This document shows positions 57,305 through 64,000 of a stretch of 64,000 nt of DNA, piece after piece (position 1 is the first letter of the stretch; each line of letters starts with the position of its first letter). The stretch comes from Thermodesulfobacteriota bacterium (GTDB taxonomy: Bacteria > Desulfobacterota > GWC2-55-46 > JADFVP01). Location of the stretch: positions 11,061 to 75,060 of the forward strand of contig JBHHUP010000002.1 in assembly GCA_046753845.1 (NCBI GenBank). Direction: 5' to 3'. The notes below the pieces were generated by a model. That model searched no databases. It was not told the DNA's origin and saw only the letters and a list, made by a program, of their open reading frames with translations. The position numbers were made by a program, and so were the translations under genes.

Positions 57305-57723
57305 CACCAGTACTTGGCGACCTTATAGAGAGCACCGTTGGCAAGGTGGTTGGCAAATTAACTGACCATTACCTTCCGGCCACCATGGATGAGAAGGAGA
57401 AGGCGGAGTTTCGTATTAAAGCCGGCAGCCTTGCCCTTGAGGAGGCCAGAGCCGCCACGGCCGATATAGAGAACGCCCGCGCTCTTGCCGTGACAGAGTC
57501 CGAGGGAGCCCCGCCGTGGGCAAATGTCTTAAAGGTGACCCATCGCCCCTTATGGTCATTCATAATGCTGGCCATTTTCAGCTGGACCATACTCGCGCCC
57601 TACCTCGGTTATCCCCAGATACCTCTTACGGAGGTGCATAAGTCTATAATGCAGACCGTAATAATCTTCTACTTTGGCGGTCGGAGTGTGGAAAAAAGCA
57701 TAGGTATGATAAAGGCACGCTGA
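57301..57723 (+). CDS. holin-like protein (resembles the 3-TM GTA-release holin family)
   Basis: Soluble charged N-terminal half followed by a hydrophobic C-terminal part (HRPLWSFIMLAIFSWTILAPYLG...IMQTVIIFYFGG). The family assignment is from memory of PF11351-type sequences. Confidence 0.55.
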   Translation: MTPVLGDLIESTVGKVVGKLTDHYLPATMDEKEKAEFRIKAGSLALEEARAATADIENARALAVTESEGAPPWANVLKVTHRPLWSFIMLAIFSWTILAPYLGYPQIPLTEVHKSIMQTVIIFYFGGRSVEKSIGMIKAR

Positions 57724-57789
57724 CCCTTTCTATTCGTTATGATAGGGTGGTTTTATTGATTTCCCCGGTGATAAAGGCTATAATAAAAT

Positions 57790-57999
57790 ATGTTGTCACG
57801 GATTCTGATTATCATCGGGGTACTCTTTATTATCTCAGGCATAGTCTTTGGCCTTGCTCCAAAGATTCCCCTCATAGGTAAACTGCCAGGAGATTTCTAC
57901 TTCAGGAAAGGTAACTTTACTCTATATTTTCCCCTTGCCACCTCAATCCTTATAAGTGTCCTTATCACTCTTATCCTCTATCTCTTTACAAGGCCTTGA
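57790..57999 (+). CDS. DUF2905 small membrane protein
   Basis: 69 aa with the GKLPGDFYFRKGNFTLYFPL motif. Confidence 0.7.
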   Translation: MLSRILIIIGVLFIISGIVFGLAPKIPLIGKLPGDFYFRKGNFTLYFPLATSILISVLITLILYLFTRP

Positions 58000-58131
58000 T
58001 GTTGCAAAAAAGAGAATTTGCGGCCTTCTGTTGTTTTTTTAATACAGTGTTAACTTGACCTTTTATTTGTAATTAGTTGTTTTTACAGCGTTATTTGTCT
58101 TGGCACGCTTTTTGTATATAACTTACTGTGT

Positions 58132-59040
58132 ATGATGCAGACAACTACTAAGAAAGAGATTACATTCTCCGGCGTAGGCCTCCATACAGGGCGTGACGTG
58201 CGGGTAAGGATACTTCCGGCAGAAGAGGATAGCGGAGTAAGGTTCATAAGAAAGGACCTGCCCGGTTTTCCTTCCATAAAGGCCGATGGGGCTAACGTTG
58301 TAAATACCAATTATGCTACGACCCTTGGCGCTGGCGGCGTTACAGTATCTACGGTGGAACACATCCTTGCGGCACTTTACGGCCTTGGTGTGGACAACGT
58401 GGATATAGAGGTATACGGATCTGAGATACCCATTCTTGACGGTAGTGCCGGGGAGTTCATTAAAAAGATAGAGGCCGTGGGTCTTTCTCACCTTATGGCG
58501 GAGCGTGAATATCTTGTAATCAAGAGGCCGATAAAGGTCTCAGAGGGTGATAAGTATCTAATGCTCCTGCCATCCAATGAGCCTGGTTTACGTATTGATT
58601 ACTCCATAGATTTCAGCCATCCTGTTCTCTCTAAACAGATATTCTCAAGGCACTGTACCCGCGAGGTCTTTATCGACGAGATAGGCAATGCGAGAACCTT
58701 CGGGTTTTTAAGTGATATAGAGATGCTGCGGGCCAACGGCCTTGCCATGGGCGGCTCTCTTAGCAACGCCGTTGTCGTTGGCGATAGCGATATCCTTAAT
58801 AAAGACGGTCTAAGATACCCTGACGAGTTTGTAAGGCACAAGGCCCTTGATCTTATCGGAGATCTCTCTCTTGTAGGCGCCCCTGTAAGCGGTCTGCTGA
58901 TAGCCCACAGGTCCGGCCATGCCCTTAACCATAGGCTTTTACAGAAGATAGTAAGACACAGGCCAAGGTGGGAGCTGGAGCGCGGTAATGTTACAAGATT
59001 GCATTACAATACCGAGAGGCGTGAAGCAGTGGGCTTATAA
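58132..59040 (+). CDS. lpxC: UDP-3-O-acyl-N-acetylglucosamine deacetylase
   Basis: GVGLHTGRDVRVRILPA N-terminus, plus HKALDLIGDL and HRSGHALN motifs. Confidence 0.92.
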   Translation: MMQTTTKKEITFSGVGLHTGRDVRVRILPAEEDSGVRFIRKDLPGFPSIKADGANVVNTNYATTLGAGGVTVSTVEHILAALYGLGVDNVDIEVYGSEIPILDGSAGEFIKKIEAVGLSHLMAEREYLVIKRPIKVSEGDKYLMLLPSNEPGLRIDYSIDFSHPVLSKQIFSRHCTREVFIDEIGNARTFGFLSDIEMLRANGLAMGGSLSNAVVVGDSDILNKDGLRYPDEFVRHKALDLIGDLSLVGAPVSGLLIAHRSGHALNHRLLQKIVRHRPRWELERGNVTRLHYNTERREAVGL

Positions 59041-59317
59041 AGAGCCCGTGGCGTAACCTGGGAGTAGATATGGCGGCACTTGGGGCAAGGGGGCACTGTT
59101 ATAGATTACAGCAACTACAGTGGGCGCAATCAGGTATTAGCCCTTACAAGTCTCTATAATCATCTAAGAAGGTACGGGTTATCCGGCCTTTTTTTTTGCT
59201 CTTTTTTCAATCTCCCCTTACTGTAATTTAAGCCTTTTTGCCGATCTTTTTTCTTTTTAGCTCTTAGCAGTCGTTCTGAGATTGTCTCGAACTTCATACT
59301 CCCCATATTGCCATTGA

Positions 59318-59346
59318 TTGTAAAAAAAAAGGCGCTATGGTAGAAT
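59318..59346 (+). promoter_or_regulatory. candidate extended -10 promoter for phoH-ybeY operon
   Basis: TTGTAA, a 17-nt spacer ending in TGg, then TAGAAT. It lies about 78 nt upstream of the phoH start. Confidence 0.35.
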
Positions 59347-59424
59347 TATCTCTAAGAATCAGTGGTGTAGAAGTGCAGTATCAATCTGCCTATTAAGGTT
59401 TTTTACAATTAATCTACGGTATGG

Positions 59425-60462
59425 ATGAAGACAATTATCGCTTCAAAACTCAAGGAAGATGAGCTGAGAGAGCAGATAACTCTTAAAGACAATGCTATCG
59501 CTATGGCTCTTTTTGGTGAAGCCGCGGTAAACTTGAAGATTATTGAGAGAGCCATGGGGCTTAAGATAGACACCCGTGGCAGCCTGGTGACTTTAAGGGG
59601 CACTGAAGAGACTATTGGGGTTGTGAAGAAGCTTATCACTGACCTTTACGACCTGCTCGGGAGGGGTTATATACTTAGCCCTCATGATATTGATTATGCC
59701 ATTCGTATGGTGCAGACGGATAGAGATGTGCCTCTTTCTGATGTATTTCTTGATACGGCCTGTATCTCTTTTAAAAAAAAGGTCATCGCCTCCAAGAGTG
59801 TAGCGCAGAAGAGGTATATTGACGCCATAAGAAGCTCTGATATGGTTTTTGGTATCGGTCCGGCAGGCACCGGCAAGACCTATCTGGCTATGGCCATGGC
59901 CGTAAGCGCCCTTATAAACAAGGAAGTTGAGAGGATAATTCTTACAAGACCGGCCGTGGAGGCAGGCGAGAGGCTTGGTTTTCTGCCAGGTGATCTCGCT
60001 GCCAAGGTAGACCCCTATCTGCGGCCCCTCTATGACGCCCTTTACGATCTCCTTGAGTATGAGAAGGTGGAAAAGCTTATAGAAAAGGGTGTTATAGAGG
60101 TAGCCCCCCTTGCCTTTATGAGGGGCAGGACTCTTAACGATGCATTTATTATCCTTGATGAGGGACAGAATACCACGCCTGAGCAGATGAAGATGTTTCT
60201 GACAAGGCTTGGTTTTGACTCAAAGGCCGTTATCACAGGTGATATCACGCAGATAGACCTGCCATCGGCCAGGAACTCGGGGCTTGTGGAGTCGCGCAAG
60301 GTTCTAAAGGGTATTAATGGTATAGAGTTCGTAATGTTCTCTGACGCCGATGTAGTGCGTCATCCCCTTGTTCAGGATGTGATACGCGCCTTTGATGCCG
60401 CCGAAGCAAGGAGGCAGGCACGCCCTCGAATTCCTGAGAAAGACCCGGGTGAGGAAAGCTGA
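59425..60462 (+). CDS. phoH: PhoH-like ATPase
   Basis: Walker [17 protein letters not shown], and an N-terminal KH-like extension. Confidence 0.9.
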   Translation: MKTIIASKLKEDELREQITLKDNAIAMALFGEAAVNLKIIERAMGLKIDTRGSLVTLRGTEETIGVVKKLITDLYDLLGRGYILSPHDIDYAIRMVQTDRDVPLSDVFLDTACISFKKKVIASKSVAQKRYIDAIRSSDMVFGIGPAGTGKTYLAMAMAVSALINKEVERIILTRPAVEAGERLGFLPGDLAAKVDPYLRPLYDALYDLLEYEKVEKLIEKGVIEVAPLAFMRGRTLNDAFIILDEGQNTTPEQMKMFLTRLGFDSKAVITGDITQIDLPSARNSGLVESRKVLKGINGIEFVMFSDADVVRHPLVQDVIRAFDAAEARRQARPRIPEKDPGEES

Positions 60463-60463
60463 T

Positions 60464-60898
60464 ATGCCTGCTTCAAAAGTTCTTGTAACGGACAGGGCCG
60501 ATAGCAAGATGGGTTCTCTGGCGAGGGGTATCCTGAGCTTGGCCATGAAGGGGCTTGCCGTAGATGGCAGAGAACTCAGCCTGCTCCTCACCCTTGACGG
60601 CGAGATAAGAGAGCTTAATAATAGGTACAGAGGTATAGATAAGGCCACTGATGTGCTGAGCTTTCCCATGGTGGATGATATTCTTCTCGGTGATATTGCC
60701 ATCTCAATGGATAAGGTAGCCCTGCAGGCCGGCGATGCCCTCTGTACGCCTGAGGCCGAGCTCGCGAGGTTATGTCATCACGGCCTTCTTCATCTCCTTG
60801 GATATGAGCACATTCACGGCGGCAGGCAGGCCGCGAAGATGAGGACAATGGAAGAAAAATTATTCTCAGCTCTGGAGGCAGAGGGGCTTTTACCTTAG
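60464..60898 (+). CDS. ybeY: rRNA maturation endoribonuclease YbeY
   Basis: HGLLHLLGYEH zinc motif. ATG at 60464 lies 1 nt after the phoH stop. The track start at 60392 overlaps phoH. Confidence 0.88.
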   Translation: MPASKVLVTDRADSKMGSLARGILSLAMKGLAVDGRELSLLLTLDGEIRELNNRYRGIDKATDVLSFPMVDDILLGDIAISMDKVALQAGDALCTPEAELARLCHHGLLHLLGYEHIHGGRQAAKMRTMEEKLFSALEAEGLLP

Positions 60899-60964
60899 AG
60901 GCGGGCTTATAAAGGGCCTTGGTCTTAGAGGGGGGGGTGCGTTAGGCAAGAGTTATAAAAGCAG

Positions 60965-61726
60965 GTGGTCTTATTTCATGAGGCGTTTATCGTGGCAAAG
61001 GAAGAGCGGCAGGTTATAAAACCAAAGGGTATGATCGGAAGCCTGAACTGCGCCATAGAGGGCATTATCTACGCCTTTAAGACTCAGAAACACATCAAGC
61101 TCCATTATCTTATCGCTGTTGCCGCCCTTATACTCAGCCTTGCCTTGAAGCTGCCTGTTCTGGAGTTCGTTCTCTTTGCCATGTCCATTATCTTTCTGCT
61201 CTTTGCCGAGATGCTGAATACGGCCATAGAAGAGGCCGTTAATCTTATCGAGGATAAACATCATATACTCGCAAAGAACGCCAAGGACGTCTCCGCGGGC
61301 GCCGTTCTTATCGCCTCAATAAGCGTTGCCATAGTTGTCTATATGCTCTTTACAAAGTACATGAGAGACCCCTCTACTCTGGCGCTTCGCGGCATTCATG
61401 ACTTCTCGGCTCACATTGCGATTATCTCCCTGCTTCTTGTCCTTATCTCAGTCGTGGTCTTAAAGTCTCTCGGCGGCAGCGGCCGCCCCCTGCACGGGGG
61501 GCTTCCAAGCGGCCACGCCGCCGTGGCCTTCTCTCTCTTCACCTCTGTAACCCTTCTTACCGGTAATCCCCTTGTAGCCATACTGGCCTTTGTAATGGCC
61601 ATTATGGTAACCCAGTCAAGGCTTCTTGGCGGCATACATACATGGGTTGAGGTCTTGCTCGGAGCTTTGCTTGGCATGGGGCTTACACTTCTTATCTATC
61701 GAATTTTTCTCCATTCAGGGCCATGA
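60965..61726 (+). CDS. diacylglycerol/undecaprenol kinase (DgkA-like) fused to PAP2 phosphatase domain
   Basis: The N-terminal half has the AEMLNTAIEEAV DgkA motif. The C-terminal half has PSGHAA...SRLLGGIHT PAP2 motifs. The start is uncertain (GTG 60965, GTG 60992 or ATG 61031). Confidence 0.75.
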   Translation: MVLFHEAFIVAKEERQVIKPKGMIGSLNCAIEGIIYAFKTQKHIKLHYLIAVAALILSLALKLPVLEFVLFAMSIIFLLFAEMLNTAIEEAVNLIEDKHHILAKNAKDVSAGAVLIASISVAIVVYMLFTKYMRDPSTLALRGIHDFSAHIAIISLLLVLISVVVLKSLGGSGRPLHGGLPSGHAAVAFSLFTSVTLLTGNPLVAILAFVMAIMVTQSRLLGGIHTWVEVLLGALLGMGLTLLIYRIFLHSGP

Positions 61727-63252
61727 TAGCAAGGGTAATCGCCGCCATATCCTCGGGGCTGCTTCTTGCGCTTGCCTTTGCCCCCTTTGAACTCTGGCCC
61801 CTTGCCTTTGTGGCCTTTGTGCCTCTGCTTATTTCCATTGATGGCCTTAATGTGCGGCGTTCTTTTTTGCTGGGTTTTATCTCAGGCCTTGTCTTTTTTA
61901 CGGGCACTGTATACTGGGTAGTGTACTCCATGCACTTTTACGGAGGTCTCGGCCTTCTTGAGAGCCTTCCCGTAATGCTGCTTCTGGCAAGCTACCTCGC
62001 CATCTTTTTTGCCCTCTTCGCCTTTTTTCTCCGCTTCTCGCCCGTACCGGGCATTGGCTTGCTTCTCTTTGTGCCTTGCCTCTGGGTTAGCGGTGAGTAT
62101 CTTCGGGGGCACCTCTTTACGGGTTTTCCATGGGTGCTCTCGGGGTACTCTCAGGCCCATAACCTTATATTGATACAGATATCTGATATTACGGGCGTAT
62201 GGGGCATCTCTTTCATGGTCCTTCTTGTAAATACGCTTATCTATATTCTCTTACTCTCTTACAAGAAGGCGTTGTCTTTTCCCGTAAAGGCGTTGGTTGT
62301 TACCATTATGCTTACGGCGGCGGTCTCTGCCTACGGCTTGCTTAGAATAAAACAGGTAGATGATGCGGTAAAGTCCTGGCCCGTGGTGCGCGCCGCTGTT
62401 ACTCAGGGGAATATTGATCAGGCCGTGAAATGGGATAAGAGGTATCAGGCAAGGACGCTTCGTATATACAGGCGCCTTACGGAGCGGGCCTCAGCGGCAG
62501 GGGCCAGGCTCGTGATATGGCCCGAGACTGCCGTGCCTTTTTATCTTGAACAGAGGCGGGCCGGCAGGCGCGTGATAGCCGATATTGCAAGCCAGAGCAA
62601 GGTAAGGCTCTTGACTGGAAGTCCGGCCTTTGATTATAATAAAAAAAACAAAGAGGTGAGTTACTATAACAGCGCCTATGCCATATCCGCCGGGGGCCTT
62701 ATAACGGGCAGGTACGATAAGGTTCATCTCGTGCCATACGGTGAGTATGTGCCTCTGAAATCCTACATGCCCTTTATAAAAAAACTTACCGCCGGGGCAG
62801 GTGATTTTGTCCCGGGCCCGGGTCCCGTGCCCCTTGAACTGAGCGGTTTCAAGGCCGGTGTACTTATATGCTACGAGGCCATATTTCCGGCTCTATCGCG
62901 TCTTGCCGTTCGCGCCGGGGCGGGGCTTTTAGTCAATATTACAAATGACGGCTGGTTCGGCCGCACCAGCGCCCCTTATCAGCACCTTGACATGACCTTA
63001 CTTCGAGCCGTTGAGAACAGGGTCTTTCTCCTGCGCTCGGCTAATACCGGGTTTAGCGCTGTAGTAGACCCTGTGGGCAGGCTGAAGAAAAGGAGCGGAC
63101 TTTTCACTGAGGATATGATACCTTACGACGTCTCCATAAAGGCCGGTCCCGATACTTTTTATACCACCTACGGCGATGTCTTTGCCTATGGCTCTATGGT
63201 CTTCGCCGGGCTTCTTCTTATAGGCGGGGTCTTAAGGCGAGAGGAAAAATAA
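61723..63252 (+). CDS. lnt: apolipoprotein N-acyltransferase
   Basis: N-terminal polytopic region plus a C-N hydrolase domain (VIWPETAVP, ICYEAIFP). ATGA overlap with the upstream gene. Confidence 0.9.
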   Translation: MIARVIAAISSGLLLALAFAPFELWPLAFVAFVPLLISIDGLNVRRSFLLGFISGLVFFTGTVYWVVYSMHFYGGLGLLESLPVMLLLASYLAIFFALFAFFLRFSPVPGIGLLLFVPCLWVSGEYLRGHLFTGFPWVLSGYSQAHNLILIQISDITGVWGISFMVLLVNTLIYILLLSYKKALSFPVKALVVTIMLTAAVSAYGLLRIKQVDDAVKSWPVVRAAVTQGNIDQAVKWDKRYQARTLRIYRRLTERASAAGARLVIWPETAVPFYLEQRRAGRRVIADIASQSKVRLLTGSPAFDYNKKNKEVSYYNSAYAISAGGLITGRYDKVHLVPYGEYVPLKSYMPFIKKLTAGAGDFVPGPGPVPLELSGFKAGVLICYEAIFPALSRLAVRAGAGLLVNITNDGWFGRTSAPYQHLDMTLLRAVENRVFLLRSANTGFSAVVDPVGRLKKRSGLFTEDMIPYDVSIKAGPDTFYTTYGDVFAYGSMVFAGLLLIGGVLRREEK

Positions 63253-63279
63253 AATTATCTTTATAAAAGGGAGATTTCC

Positions 63280-64000
63280 ATGTACGACGAGTTAAGGGCA
63301 GGGCTAAAGGAGACTACGGGCAGGTTTGGGGAACTTCGGAGGTATCTTTGACCTCGCCTCCGTTGAAAAGGAGCTTGGGGAGATAGAGGAGGAGCTGGCA
63401 AGGCCCGACTCATGGGAAGACCGCGCAAGGACTAATGTCTTGATGAAAAAAAAGTCCCTGCTTACCTCACGTCTTGAGTCCATTAAGGCCATCGCCTCTC
63501 TTCTTGAGGAATCCGAGCTCCTCCTTGAGCTCGCCGAGGAGGCCGAAGACACGGATTCCGTGCGTGAGGCCGATGAAAAGCTTACCGAGGCGCGCGAGGC
63601 CATCAGAGGCGAAGAGGTAAAGCGTATGCTCGGCGGCGAGAACGACGCCCGTAACGCTATCGTCTCCATACATCCCGGGGCCGGAGGCACAGAGGCCATG
63701 GATTGGGCGGGAATTCTCCTTCGCATGTACACGCGCTGGGTAGAGGGCAGGGGGTTTAAGATGGAGGTCCTTGATTATCAGCCCGGAGAGGAGGCAGGAG
63801 TTAAGTCCGTCACCTTCACCGTCTCAGGCGAGTTTGCCTACGGATACCTGAAGGCCGAGTCAGGCGTACACCGCCTTGTGCGAATCTCCCCATTTGACGC
63901 AGGCGCCCGCCGCCATACCTCCTTTGCCTCTGTCCTTGTGTACCCTGATATCGCCGAGGATATAGATATTGAGATTCTTGACAGCGACATCCGCGTAGAT
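63280..64000 (+). CDS. prfB: peptide chain release factor 2, 5' part, requires +1 frameshift at 63346-63352 (runs off window)
   Basis: ATG at 63280, 23 codons, then CTT TGA C preceded by an internal GGAGG. The +1 frame is open to base 64000 and encodes RF2 sequence, including the SPF motif (VRISPFD). It is missing from the ORF track. Confidence 0.9.
63337..63352 (+). other. prfB autoregulatory +1 frameshift site
   Basis: CGG AGG TAT CTT TGA C is nearly identical to the E. coli AGG GGG TAT CTT TGA C site. Confidence 0.85.

Larger units (their letters stand above)
36433..57723 (+). mobile_element. phage-derived structural, packaging and lysis gene cluster lacking lysogeny and replication modules (GTA-like element or truncated prophage)
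   Basis: About 28 co-directional ORFs with phage head, tail and lysis motifs. It is bounded by ychF on the left and DUF2905/lpxC on the right. No integrase, repressor or replication ORF occurs on either strand. Confidence 0.75.

Noticed and set aside
36433-58131. att-type direct repeats flanking the element
   Set aside because: By eye I found only short AT-rich matches. An example is AGTTGTTTT near 36681 and near 58074, which is within chance expectation for AT-rich spacers. A computed repeat search is needed, so I claim no att site.
63304-63732. 142-aa and 68-aa minus-strand ORFs at the right end
   Set aside because: They lie antisense to a clearly recognisable prfB coding sequence and have Ser/Arg-rich shadow-ORF composition.
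1-64000. CRISPR arrays, IS elements, a retron/DGR reverse transcriptase, toxin-antitoxin pairs, or known defence-system genes
   Set aside because: I saw no regularly spaced repeats, no transposase or reverse-transcriptase motifs, and no small paired ORFs of that type on either strand.

Overview
The window is a chromosomal segment of a diderm bacterium (lpxC and lnt are present). I cannot name the taxon from sequence alone. About two thirds is housekeeping. This includes two c-type cytochrome genes, a minus-strand operon fabI / EndoQ-like / tandem-USP / radical-SAM, gatCAB, and a 14-gene nuoA-N locus. The nuo locus is interrupted by a stand-alone cyclic-nucleotide-binding gene. The rest of the housekeeping set is ispE, tRNA-Gln, prs, rplY, pth, hppA, ychF, lpxC, phoH, ybeY, a DgkA-PAP2 fusion, lnt, and the 5' part of prfB. 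The prfB gene has its classical +1 frameshift site and is absent from the ORF track. The accessory part is a roughly 21 kb block (about 36.4-57.7 kb) of about 28 phage-like ORFs, all on the + strand. In order they encode a small sigma-region-4-like regulator, packaging proteins, portal, scaffold, capsid, and a siphovirus-type tail with a verified -1 frameshift in the chaperone genes. These are followed by a tape measure, CBM-decorated baseplate, beta-helix tailspike and a lysis cassette. I find no integrase, repressor, excisionase or replication gene, and no adjacent tRNA or obvious att repeat. The block starts at a roughly 30% GC island carrying a perfect consensus sigma70 promoter embedded in a palindrome. 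All ORFs look intact and tightly coupled. My main hypothesis is a domesticated, gene-transfer-agent-like particle locus rather than a normal prophage. All functional calls rest on motifs I recognise by eye, not on database searches.
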